Positions 18,346 through 27,595 are shown, counted from the first letter of the stretch. The stretch: DNA of 62,637 bases from Chloroflexota bacterium (GCA_016210175.1 JACQUQ010000078.1:1-62637), one strand, 5' to 3'. The notes: generated from the letters alone by a model not told the origin. Translations and numbers: made by a program.

Positions 18346-19359
18346 TTACCATCTCCCCACAAAGGGCGTATAGGGTTTCCCTTCGCCCCGTACGAAGGTC
18401 GCCAGGTGGCGGGCCTGGCTCATGAGGACCGTCCGCAGCTTGTGCTTCTTGCCCTCGTAGGGCTCTTCCCCATCCAGGCGCTCGTTCACCCGCTCCGCCA
18501 AGAGGCGGCGGGTGGGCTCGGTCAGGCGGCCCTCCTCTACCTCCAGCGTGGCGCCCCGGTTGAGCAGTCCGAACACCGTCCGGTCCACTACCATCTGCCG
18601 GAACTCCTCGATGAGGTCCAGCACCAGGGAGGGCTTGCCCGCCCGGTCGACGTGCAGATACCCGGCATAGGGGTCCAGCCCGGCCAGGAGGATGGCCCGC
18701 TCCACGTGGCTGTACAGGATGCCGTAGCCGTAGTTCAGCAGCGAGTTCACCAGGTCCGTAGCTCCCCGCGTCTCCCGGCCCTCCCAGCCCACGTCCGGCA
18801 CCAGCAGCTCCCGCATGGCTTCCCAGTAGAGCTTGGCCCCGTGGGCCTCCAGGGTCATCAGCTCCTGGCGCAGGGCGTCCACGGTCTCGCTCCGCAGCCC
18901 CTGGACCTGCCGCCCGTAGTCCTGGATGCGGAAGGCCGCTTCCCGGGCCTGGTCGTAGCGGTCGAAGTCCTTCTGCCGCCGGTTCTTGGCCAGGTAGCGC
19001 AGCAGGGTGGCCTGGTTGGCCAGCTTCCCGGCCACGAAGGCCTTGCACAGGGTGACGCCCCGCCCGTCCAGGTAGGCCAGCAGCTGCTCCCGCCGGGTCC
19101 GCACGGTGCCGGTGAGGGCCGGCGAGATGAGGCGGGCGTAGGGCACGCCGCTCCCGGACAAGAAGGTGATGTCGATGCCCCGCTCGGCGCACTCCCGGAT
19201 GACGTCGCTGGAGAGGGAGACGCCCCCGGAGAGCACCAGCACGTGCTCCAGGCCGTAGAGGGGCCGCTCCTCCACCACTTCGCCCTTGAGGGAGACCCGC
19301 ACCCGCTCCGAGTGCTTGCCCACGAAGGCCCCGTATCGCTCCACGATCAGCTCGGCCAT
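18346..19359 (-). CDS. cas1: Cas1 integrase
   Basis: NSLLNYGYGILY, GLDPYAGYLH, SLVLDLIEEFRQMVVD. Confidence 0.97.
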   Translation of the reverse strand: MAELIVERYGAFVGKHSERVRVSLKGEVVEERPLYGLEHVLVLSGGVSLSSDVIRECAERGIDITFLSGSGVPYARLISPALTGTVRTRREQLLAYLDGRGVTLCKAFVAGKLANQATLLRYLAKNRRQKDFDRYDQAREAAFRIQDYGRQVQGLRSETVDALRQELMTLEAHGAKLYWEAMRELLVPDVGWEGRETRGATDLVNSLLNYGYGILYSHVERAILLAGLDPYAGYLHVDRAGKPSLVLDLIEEFRQMVVDRTVFGLLNRGATLEVEEGRLTEPTRRLLAERVNERLDGEEPYEGKKHKLRTVLMSQARHLATFVRGEGKPYTPFVGRW

Positions 19360-20303
19360 CGCAACCTCACCCACCCATCGCCCTTGGTACAGTCCTTGCC
19401 GATGTGCGTCACCTCGCTCCAGAGGAGCCAGGGCAGGAATGGCCGCAGGTCGCCCCGGAAGGTGATCTCCCCCACCAGCCCGCCGATGGGCGTGAAACGG
19501 CCCTGCCGGGACGAATAGCTGGGCACGTCCACCCAGCGGGTGCGGTCGTCGGCGACCTGCACCGCCTCGGCCTGCTGCAACAGCTCCTGGTGGTCGAAGT
19601 CGGGCCTGGTCCCCGTTGCCGTCTCGCTCAGGTCGGTCAGGCGACGCAGCACCCGCCGCATGAGCAGCGGGAACGTCAGGCGCTTGACCAGCCGCTTCTC
19701 GACGATCAGGCGCAGCGGGGTCAGCAGCGCGACGGTCACCGCCGGCGGGCTGCCCAGCCGCTCGCACGCCGCCAGCACCCCCGCATGGGTGACGGCCAGC
19801 CCCGGCTGGCGCACCACCCGCTCGCCTGCCTCATAGATGCCTTCCGACTCGCCCGATACCGGGACCTGGGCCGAGATGCGCGCGACAGCGAACCGTCCCG
19901 CGGCCCGGCCCCGGTTCCCGATGCCGCCCTCGCCCATACGCCGGACGCCCAGCACGATATAAGGCAGCAGCGGGCGAGCCTCGCCGAACAGCGTGACGCC
20001 GAAGCTGAAGGCATCGCCGGTCCGGTAGAGTGTCCGGTCTTCCAGCGGCGGCTCCACGGTGCAGGGCCGGGCGACCTCCACCCCGCGGGCGCTCTCCTCG
20101 TCGGCGGTGGCCAGCAGCGCACAGACCGGGCACGCCTGCCGGAGACGGCTGTCGGCGCAGGCGCTCCCGCGCTGGTCCAGGCAGAAGTCCCGGCGTAGGG
20201 CACCGAACAGCGCCCCCCGGAGCATGCTGCCCTTATAGGGCGGCGTGACCATGTCGGTCTCGGCTTTGCACGAGAACTGGAGGACGTGGGCCTGGAGGTT
20301 CAT
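19347..20303 (-). CDS. cas6: Cas6 pre-crRNA endoribonuclease
   Basis: YKGSMLRGALFG, a Cys cluster, LLTPLRL and the C-terminal Gly-loop HIGKDCTKGDG. Confidence 0.92.
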   Translation of the reverse strand: MNLQAHVLQFSCKAETDMVTPPYKGSMLRGALFGALRRDFCLDQRGSACADSRLRQACPVCALLATADEESARGVEVARPCTVEPPLEDRTLYRTGDAFSFGVTLFGEARPLLPYIVLGVRRMGEGGIGNRGRAAGRFAVARISAQVPVSGESEGIYEAGERVVRQPGLAVTHAGVLAACERLGSPPAVTVALLTPLRLIVEKRLVKRLTFPLLMRRVLRRLTDLSETATGTRPDFDHQELLQQAEAVQVADDRTRWVDVPSYSSRQGRFTPIGGLVGEITFRGDLRPFLPWLLWSEVTHIGKDCTKGDGWVRLRWPS

Positions 20304-20343
20304 GGCGACCTCTCCTTGGTGCGGTGTACGCGCAGCAGTCGGC

Positions 20344-22197
20344 CTACTCCACCATCCGCAGCTTGCAGGGCGTCGGGTCCACCGCCACCAGGAGGGGCCG
20401 CGCCAGGCTGGTGAAGGAGACGATGGCCTGCCCCGGCGCCAGGTTGGGGAGCTGGCCCCACAGGGCGTCGTCGATGCCCCCGATGGAGCGCCGCAGGCGG
20501 CCCACCACGTTGGCGTCGTTGACCTTGTGGATCACCCAGTTGTTGATGAGCCCCAGCACCTCATCGGGCAGGTGCTGCGGCAACTGGGTGATGAAGACCA
20601 GCCCCAGCCACCTTTTCCGCCCTCTGCGGGCAATGCGCGCCACCTGCTGGAACAGCGCCTCCATCTGCGTGATGCGCTCCGCGGACAAGAACTCGTGGGC
20701 CTCTTCGATGAAGACCACGGTGGGCGTGGGCCGCTTCCCCTCGGCCAGGGCCTTCTGGTAGTTCTCATCCTGCTGGACTTGCACGCCCCGGAGGATCTGG
20801 GCGATGACCAGGTTGTTCACGGTGGGCGAGTCGGTATCGCTCAGGTCGATAATGGACACCCGGCCCGGCTGGAGCATCTTCTCGTAGGTGAGGCTGTGGG
20901 CGTTCGGGTTGTCGAACACCTGGAGCCGGTGCAGCCGCCAGAGCTTGCTCAGTAGCACCCGCCAACTGACCTCGCTGTCGGGCTTGACCGCCTGCACCAG
21001 CCGCTTGATCTGCTCCAGGTGGCCCGTAAAGGGCGCATGGTACAGCTTCGGCTCCCCCGCGGCCTTGGACACCAGGTGGAGGAAGACCCCGGCGATATCC
21101 AGGAGGTGGGAGAGGGTCATGCGGGGGTAGCCGGTCTCCATCTCGTCCAGCTCCTGGGCCTCCCGCTCCTCTCGCTGGTTCCCCCGCGCCGGGTAGATGC
21201 CCACGTCCCGCAAGACCTGCTTGCACACGTCGTAGGCCTGGAAGAAACGGCTTTCCTGAGCCGACGACAGCTCCAGGATCTCCTTCACCGCGTAGGGCGA
21301 CAGTGCCCCGAAGTCCAGCCGGAACACGCCGATGCGTGGATGAGCAGGGTTGGCGGTCTCCCGCCCCACCAGGTGGTAGACGAAGGTCCGCTCGACCCCC
21401 GCCGGCACCAGCCCCCGCCGCGCCAGGGCCCGCAGCATGGCCTCATCCTCGGTGGGCTGGTCGATGGCGGTATACTCTCCCTCGGTGTCGAGGAGGATGC
21501 AGGCCACCCCCGCCTGCTGCAACTGGGCGATGAGGCCGGAGACGGTGGTGGACTTGCCGCCGCCGGTGGTACCCAGGATGCCCGTGTGCCGGGGCAACAC
21601 CGCCTTCTTGTCCGCGGGCACCCGCACCTCGATCTCGTCCTGGCCCTCGACCAGGCCCAGGCGAATGGTCCCATCGGTCCGCAGCACCCTGGCCGTGTCC
21701 TCCGGCGTGAGCAGGAACACCGGGCTGTTGGGCACCGGACGCCGGCGGGGCGGCACCACGCTGCCGTCGTCCAGCTCTTCGCCGAGGATCTCCACCTGGG
21801 CACGCCCGTGGTACTGGGGCATAAAGATGCCGCCCCGCACAGTGGCCGTCACCACGATGGGCGCATCGGCCCGCAGGCCGTCCGGCTCGGTAAAGGGACC
21901 CTTCACCACGATCCCCAGGTAGGTGCTCCTATCGGGTCGGCTCTCGATGCGCACCAGGGACTGGTTGGGCACCACCCCGATGCACGCCAGAGGCAGGAGG
22001 ATGGTCACGGTGCCGTCGGTGCTGGAGGGCGTATCGAACATAGTGTAGGCGACCGCGCCCGCGTCGTCGGGATGGCCCTGCCACTCGCCGCCCGCCGCCG
22101 CGATCTCCTCATCCAGCGCGTCGAGGGCCTCCGCCGGGACGGCCTGCACGCCCTCGCCCATGCTCCCCAGGGGAAGCGGATCGCTCCTGTCCGCCAT
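20344..22197 (-). CDS. HerA/DUF87-family ATPase (HAS-barrel plus FtsK-like motor)
   Basis: RHTGILGTTGGGKST, ILLDTEGEY, VFIEEAHEFL, IARRGRKRWLGLVFITQLP. Confidence 0.9.
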   Translation of the reverse strand: MADRSDPLPLGSMGEGVQAVPAEALDALDEEIAAAGGEWQGHPDDAGAVAYTMFDTPSSTDGTVTILLPLACIGVVPNQSLVRIESRPDRSTYLGIVVKGPFTEPDGLRADAPIVVTATVRGGIFMPQYHGRAQVEILGEELDDGSVVPPRRRPVPNSPVFLLTPEDTARVLRTDGTIRLGLVEGQDEIEVRVPADKKAVLPRHTGILGTTGGGKSTTVSGLIAQLQQAGVACILLDTEGEYTAIDQPTEDEAMLRALARRGLVPAGVERTFVYHLVGRETANPAHPRIGVFRLDFGALSPYAVKEILELSSAQESRFFQAYDVCKQVLRDVGIYPARGNQREEREAQELDEMETGYPRMTLSHLLDIAGVFLHLVSKAAGEPKLYHAPFTGHLEQIKRLVQAVKPDSEVSWRVLLSKLWRLHRLQVFDNPNAHSLTYEKMLQPGRVSIIDLSDTDSPTVNNLVIAQILRGVQVQQDENYQKALAEGKRPTPTVVFIEEAHEFLSAERITQMEALFQQVARIARRGRKRWLGLVFITQLPQHLPDEVLGLINNWVIHKVNDANVVGRLRRSIGGIDDALWGQLPNLAPGQAIVSFTSLARPLLVAVDPTPCKLRMVE

Positions 22198-22216
22198 GGC
22201 TGTCCCTCCCCACACC

Positions 22217-23458
22217 CTAGCGCCGGGTCTGGCGCTCCGTGAAGTACCGAAACGGCTCGCCCGCCTGGAGGTAACCCAGCTGGACCGAGGCATCGAAGGC
22301 GTCCCCGCCGAACATCACCCCGCACACGGTGTCCGCCAGGCTGATGAGCATGGGGAACCCCCGGTGCTCCTGCAACATGCTGTCCGCCAGCGCGATGTGC
22401 GCCGCGCTGTGGGCGTGGTCGCGATGGGCGTAGAAGAGGTGGGCCGGGGCCAGCCGCGAGGTCCGGTACGCCCCGACCACGACCTGGGGGCCAACCTCGC
22501 CGAGAAACTGCCGCAGGCGCGGGAGCACCGCCGTCCACGCGCCCCGGTAGTGCCCCTGGTCCACCAGCCGGCCCATCCAGTCCTCCAGGGTGTCCACGAT
22601 GGCGTACTCCAAAGGCCGGAGCGCATTGCCAATGGTGAGCCAGGCCCGCTCCTTGGGTGCGCTGGGCACGAACACGAACCTCCGGTGCCCCACTACCAGG
22701 TCGTGCAGCAGGTCAAGGCTCTGCTCCACCAGTTCGCTCATGCCGGAGCCGGTCAGCAGCTCATAGGCCAGGGGGTTGCCGTGCCCCATGCGCCAGGGGG
22801 CGGTGGACTTCTGGAGCAGCGCCGCCCGCTCGGCATAGGTCATGATGCCCCGGCGGGCCAGGTCGCTGAGGGTGTCGCTGGGGCTGGTCATGTCATACCC
22901 CGCGCGCTGCTGCCGACGCTCCAGCACCGCCAGAGTCTCGCCGACCGGGTCCACCCCGCCCGCCCGGACGTCGCGCCGGTACACGCGGTGGACCCAGGAA
23001 CCCTGGTCGCCGTGGTAGGCCACCAGGCTCACCCCGATCTGGTGGATGGTGACGGGCAGGGTATCGTGGGTAACGCTGGTGCCGTCGCACGCCTCCACGT
23101 TCCCCGTGAACAGCAGCCCCCGATGGACACGCGCCACCTCCTCGGCGGTGGTCTGGTAGACCCCGGCGCCCGGCGGGGCGTGGGCGCGCTCGCGCAGTCG
23201 GGGAAAGACCTGCTGGCGGATGCGCTTGGTGTACGCGCTCTCCTGCCGGACCGCCAGCGCGATCTCCCGCTCCGTGCGACCATAGAGGCTGAACAGGTCT
23301 TCCCCTGGACGCCAGCTGCCCAGGTCCAGGGTCTGGGACAGCGGTTCCCCCGTTGCGGCCTGGTAGTCATCGGACCCGATCATCACCAGGTCCGGCGGTA
23401 CCGGCGGCACGCTAAGGTCTCCCATCCCGGTATGTTGCTCAGGACTACGCGGGTGCAT
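22217..23458 (-). CDS. NurA-like (RNase H-fold) nuclease
   Basis: VEACDGT..QIGVSLV near the N-terminus and a C-terminal RGFPMLISLAD resembling the NurA GYP..AH motif. Immediately upstream of the HerA gene. Confidence 0.7.
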   Translation of the reverse strand: MHPRSPEQHTGMGDLSVPPVPPDLVMIGSDDYQAATGEPLSQTLDLGSWRPGEDLFSLYGRTEREIALAVRQESAYTKRIRQQVFPRLRERAHAPPGAGVYQTTAEEVARVHRGLLFTGNVEACDGTSVTHDTLPVTIHQIGVSLVAYHGDQGSWVHRVYRRDVRAGGVDPVGETLAVLERRQQRAGYDMTSPSDTLSDLARRGIMTYAERAALLQKSTAPWRMGHGNPLAYELLTGSGMSELVEQSLDLLHDLVVGHRRFVFVPSAPKERAWLTIGNALRPLEYAIVDTLEDWMGRLVDQGHYRGAWTAVLPRLRQFLGEVGPQVVVGAYRTSRLAPAHLFYAHRDHAHSAAHIALADSMLQEHRGFPMLISLADTVCGVMFGGDAFDASVQLGYLQAGEPFRYFTERQTRR

Positions 23459-23553
23459 GCGCGTCCTACCTGTCCTGGAGGTCCGTGTGCCCTCCTTCTA
23501 GGGAGTTCCCACCATACGAGCGAAGTGCGACACCCCACACCGCGGCCCGCCCG

Positions 23554-24300
23554 TTAGCGGCCCAGCCATTCCCGGAAAGACGGCCCGCCCCACCAGGCGC
23601 GGGCCAACCCCGCGCCGTAGGACGCCGCCACCGCCTGCGGCAGTCCGAAGTCGGTGGTGAGCGCCGCGACGAGGTGCCGTCGTCCCGCAGCAAACGCCAC
23701 CGGGCGCCCTGACAGGGCAACGCGCCGCTCCACCTCGGCATCCGGCGCCAGCAGTTCCAGGGCCAGCCGGTCGGCCTGGGCCTCGGCGTCCGCCACGGGG
23801 CCACAGCCCAGGACGCCGTCCGGTCGGCGCTCCATCAGGTGCGTGTGGGCGCCCATGGGCGCCTGGCAGAGGATGGCGTCAATCCGCTCGGTTGCCGTGG
23901 GTGGCCGCCGGCCGTCGAACACCTCCAGGAGAGACCGGCCCAGCCGCTGGACCGCGCGCCGGCGCGGCTCTTGGTAGTCCAGCAAGAAGTGGGCGACTTC
24001 GTGGGCGAGCGAGAACCGCTGTTCGTCGGCAGGGTCGGTCCCGTCGAGCAGCACGCACCCGCTCCCCCCGTAGGCGACCAGACAGCCGTGTAGCGGGCGG
24101 TCCGGCCCCCCCGCGCAGAAGGGGAGACCACGGGCGCGCAACCACGCCTCGGCATCCCGCACCCACAGGCGCGGCAGCTTCGCCACCATCAGGGGCAGCG
24201 CCCAGAGGACGGCCCCCTCCAGGCGACGCGGGAAAGGCTCTGGCCCGCCCGCAGCAGCCCAAAACTCCTGTGCGATGCGCTCCAGCCGCGGCTCCGTCAT
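23554..24300 (-). CDS. ImmA/IrrE-family Zn metallopeptidase
   Basis: EQRFSLAHEVAHFLL (HExxH) and a downstream EAQADRLALELLAP. Confidence 0.88.
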   Translation of the reverse strand: MTEPRLERIAQEFWAAAGGPEPFPRRLEGAVLWALPLMVAKLPRLWVRDAEAWLRARGLPFCAGGPDRPLHGCLVAYGGSGCVLLDGTDPADEQRFSLAHEVAHFLLDYQEPRRRAVQRLGRSLLEVFDGRRPPTATERIDAILCQAPMGAHTHLMERRPDGVLGCGPVADAEAQADRLALELLAPDAEVERRVALSGRPVAFAAGRRHLVAALTTDFGLPQAVAASYGAGLARAWWGGPSFREWLGR

Positions 24301-24773
24301 TGCTGCTCCGGCGGCCCGCCCTCCGCGCCCGGTGCGGCGGCATCCTCCGTCGGCGCGCCGGAAGCCCCTGGCTCTGTGGGCCCGGCCTCCGGGGCCGCGC
24401 TCGCGCCGCGGTCGCGGGCGGCCAGCAGCATCCCCCGGTCGTCGCAACGGTCCTGCTGCGGCCCGGCCCGGCGCAGGGTGCGGACCACGTCTACCTCCCG
24501 CAGCAGTTGGGCCAGCCGTTCGGCGCGCGCCCCCACGTGCTGCGCAATACGCTCAACCTCGCTGCGGAAGTCTGCTCCCGCAGGGTCCGGCCGCCGGCAG
24601 AGCGCGAGCCGGGGCAATTGTTCCGGTGAACAGCCGAGCAAGTCCGCCAGGGCTTCCTCTCCCACCTGATGCAACTCCATGTATGCGGCCAGATCGCGCG
24701 CGACAAAAAAGGGACGCGCTGCCGCCCGCTGCGCCGCCCGCCGGAGGAACCCGAAGTCGCGACGTTTACTCAC
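24297..24773 (-). CDS. Small HTH (Xre-like) protein, possible peptidase substrate or anti-sigma factor
   Basis: EEALADLLGCSPEQLPRLALC HTH-like segment and a C-terminal LLAARDR. Overlaps both neighbouring genes. Confidence 0.65.
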   Translation of the reverse strand: MSKRRDFGFLRRAAQRAAARPFFVARDLAAYMELHQVGEEALADLLGCSPEQLPRLALCRRPDPAGADFRSEVERIAQHVGARAERLAQLLREVDVVRTLRRAGPQQDRCDDRGMLLAARDRGASAAPEAGPTEPGASGAPTEDAAAPGAEGGPPEQQ

Positions 24774-25386
24774 GGAACTGTTCTCCCCATCGCTGGAGGC
24801 GCTTCTTGATCCGGTCCTTGTGCCGCTTCACGATCCTCCGCTGCTGTGCCACGTCGAGCCGTTCCAGTCCCAGCACCGCGCTATAGGCGGCGGTGCGGCG
24901 CTCCCCCTCGAAAATGAGTTGGAGAAGCTGGCGGTCCAGCGGATCGGGGAAGGCTTGGAGCAGCCGCTGCTCCCACTCCCTCGCCGCCCACTCCCTGGCA
25001 ACCACCTCGGCGGGGTCGGTCGCTTCCTCTATGAGCGTATTCCGGTCTCCTCCGCGTTGTGCGACGTCGTCCAGGGGAAGGGTCCGTCCGGAGCGCCGGT
25101 CCTCCCGCGCCCAGGCGTTCTGGAGGTCACGCCAGGCGGACATTGTGAGGTAGGCCAGGAGGCTGCCCCTGGTGGGATCGTAGTGGGAGGGGCCTTCGAT
25201 ATAGTCCATGAGGGCATCCGTGGCGGCGTCATACAGTGCCATGTCGTCCCACGGCCCCCGCAAGCGGGCGCGCAGTCGCCGTATCAGGCGCTCCAGATAC
25301 GCCTCAGCCAGGTCCTCCGGGGCGACCGGGTCGCACGCGCGGAGGCGCTGATGGATCTGAAGCTCGAACGGCGTTGGTGCGGTCAT
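24766..25386 (-). CDS. ECF-type sigma70 factor
   Basis: 206 aa. Region 2-like DAATDALMDY..YDPTRGSLLAYL..AWRDLQN and region 4-like DRQLLQL..VKRHKDRIKKRL. Confidence 0.8.
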   Translation of the reverse strand: MTAPTPFELQIHQRLRACDPVAPEDLAEAYLERLIRRLRARLRGPWDDMALYDAATDALMDYIEGPSHYDPTRGSLLAYLTMSAWRDLQNAWAREDRRSGRTLPLDDVAQRGGDRNTLIEEATDPAEVVAREWAAREWEQRLLQAFPDPLDRQLLQLIFEGERRTAAYSAVLGLERLDVAQQRRIVKRHKDRIKKRLQRWGEQFRE

Positions 25387-26172
25387 GGTCGTGCTCCGCC
25401 AATCTGGTAAAGGGCAACCCGACCCGGCCTGATGAGCGCCATGCGGTCTAGTGTTCTGTCAGCCGTGACCTGATGGGTGAGACCGCCGCCGTGAACGGCG
25501 GGCCCGCCCTTCAGGGCGGCGGGATGGCACCCATCACAGGAGGATTGACAGAGCACTAGCCGTACCCTCGACAGGGCCCGCGCCTTGCGCTCCCGTCTCC
25601 ACCGGAAACGGCGCCCACGACGCCGGGACCAGGCCGCGGCACCCGCCAGCACCGCGGCGCAGTCCCGGCCGGCGTCACCGCGTCGATCTCATCCGAACCG
25701 CCGTCGTGGTCATCTGAGGTCCAAAAGGGACCAATTGCGATAATTTTACGCGAATAATGCCACGCTGCGCAAGTCGTCGCAAGTGGAGATGGAAAACTTC
25801 TTCCCGCTATCGATCCCTCCAGGGTGTCGTGGTAGATGCACCATAGTGTGGAAAGCTGCGCGCGCGCTCTGTTATGAGTTCAGCGAAGCATCCGTCCTCC
25901 TGGCGCTCCAACGCACGGGGGCCACGGACGCTTCGGCCTCCGACCTCAGCACGACACCATGCGCCCCGGCCTCTCTCCAGGGTGGCGCGCCCGACTGTTA
26001 TGCCGTCGCGATACTTTCCCGGCGAAATGCGAGAGATTTTCTGCAAATTGACGGCCTCTGAGACTTGTTGCTCAGGTCCGGCTGGTATATACTGGGAACG
26101 TTTCGATGTGCGCTAAATACTAGGTGAAATCCCGCAGAAGGCAGGCGCCTCCCGCAGCCGAAGGAGTTCACG

Positions 26173-26652
26173 ATGGACGATGAGAAAACGCGCCTGGTGC
26201 AGCGCATTCTCGACCTGACCGAAAGCCTCCAGCACATCCTGCGCCGCGTGCTGCCCACCAATTGGAGCACGCTGGACCTGACCATGTCCCAGTTGAAGGT
26301 GGTCTTCCTGCTTTACGCCCAGGGGCCAGCCCACATGAGCCGCCTGGCCACGGCCCTGGGGGTGTCGCTGCCCACCGCCACCGGCATCGTGGACCGCCTG
26401 GTGGAGAGAGGGCTGGTCACGCGCGAGGAGTCGCCCGGCGACCGCCGCCTGGTGGTCATCCGGCTGTCAGAGCACGGCGAAGGTATGATCCTTCGGTCCT
26501 GGGAAGCCTTCAAGCTGAACCTCAGCGATCTGCTGCACGCCGCTGACCCCCAGGACCTTGAGACCCTGGCCGAGGGCCTGGACGTGGTACGACGCCTGGC
26601 CGCGCAGCGCATCGGCGCCCCCGAAGAAGTGCCAGACGCCTTCCCACGCTAG
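26173..26652 (+). CDS. MarR-family transcriptional regulator
   Basis: LTMSQLKVV..LATALGVSLPTATGIVDRLVERGLVTR..DRR. Confidence 0.93.
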   Translation: MDDEKTRLVQRILDLTESLQHILRRVLPTNWSTLDLTMSQLKVVFLLYAQGPAHMSRLATALGVSLPTATGIVDRLVERGLVTREESPGDRRLVVIRLSEHGEGMILRSWEAFKLNLSDLLHAADPQDLETLAEGLDVVRRLAAQRIGAPEEVPDAFPR

Positions 26653-26811
26653 CCGCTGGCACCCTCACCTGTTCCACCCTGGCGCGCCTCCCGCCCACGC
26701 CCAGGCAGTAGCCACCGGGTTCGGCGCGCCCTGCACTCCTGCTGCCGTTCGTCTCCCTTGATGGTCCTGCTGGCGCGCACAACTCCCTGAAGTATCGGCG
26801 CTCGTGGGCTA

Positions 26812-26858
26812 TTGACACGGAGCATCCACTCCCGTATACTGACTGACGAGTCAGCCAG
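26812..26858 (+). promoter_or_regulatory. Sigma70 promoter TTGACA-17-TATACT plus putative TetR operator CTGACTGAC-GA-GTCAGCCAG
   Basis: Near-consensus promoter at 26812-26840 and an 8/9 palindrome at 26839-26858, upstream of the tetR gene. Confidence 0.8.
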
Positions 26859-26872
26859 CACGGAGAGGGCCT

Positions 26873-27496
26873 ATGCACACCGACTCGCGGACGGAGCAGC
26901 GCCGGGCGTCGCTCCTCCAGGCGGCCCTGGAGCTGTTCGTCGAGAAGGGCTTTCACGAGACCAAGGTCTCGGAGATCGTCGAGCGCGCCGGGGTAGCCCA
27001 GGGCACCTTCTATCTGTACTTCTCCAGCAAGCGCGAGGCTTTCAATACGCTGATGGGGCTGTGGTTCGACGCGCTGTGGCGCGTCCTGGAGGAGTCGTCC
27101 CGCTTTCGCCCGGCCACTCTGGAAGAAGCCGCCGCCCGCGCCCACGCCGACGTGGCCACGGTCTTTCGGCTGTGCGCCGACCGTCCGCTCCTGGCGCGTC
27201 TCATGCTCAAGCAGGCCGAGGGCGTCGGCCCCGACGTGAGCGAGCGGCTGGAGGACTTCCGGGTCCGGGTCGCGGCCCATATCGAGCAGACCTTCACCTT
27301 GCGCCAGGAAGCTGGCCTCGTGCGGCCCTTCAACGCCAGGGTCCTGGCCCACAGCCTGGTCGGCATGGTGGAGCGGGTCGCCTTCCGCTGGTTCGTCATG
27401 GGAGAGACGCCGCCCCTGTCCCCGGAGGACCTGGCGGAGGAGTTGGTCCAGTTCCAGGTCCGCGGCATCGCGCGGGACTGGCCGCCCGCGGTGTAG
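26873..27496 (+). CDS. TetR/AcrR-family regulator
   Basis: AALELFVEKGFHETKVSEIVERAGVAQGTFYLYFSSK. Confidence 0.95.
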   Translation: MHTDSRTEQRRASLLQAALELFVEKGFHETKVSEIVERAGVAQGTFYLYFSSKREAFNTLMGLWFDALWRVLEESSRFRPATLEEAAARAHADVATVFRLCADRPLLARLMLKQAEGVGPDVSERLEDFRVRVAAHIEQTFTLRQEAGLVRPFNARVLAHSLVGMVERVAFRWFVMGETPPLSPEDLAEELVQFQVRGIARDWPPAV

Positions 27497-27595
27497 GGCA
27501 CGGCCGGCACCCACCCCGCTCTGGGCCAGGTGTCGGGCGCCGCGCGGCGGGGAACGGTGCCGGGGCATCGCAGATCGCTGGGAAAGGAACCGGTC

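Noticed and set aside
18329-19192. Apparent 800-aa Cas8 with a long N-terminal extension (likewise the extended Cas10, Cas1 and Cmr4 ORFs)
   Set aside because: The extensions overlap the upstream genes out of frame. SD-supported starts lie downstream, so these are not fusions.
25387-26172. Possible mini-CRISPR / CreTA-like repeat or small ORFs upstream of the sigma gene
   Set aside because: No convincing match to the array repeat by eye, and the ORFs lack motifs or good SD sequences.
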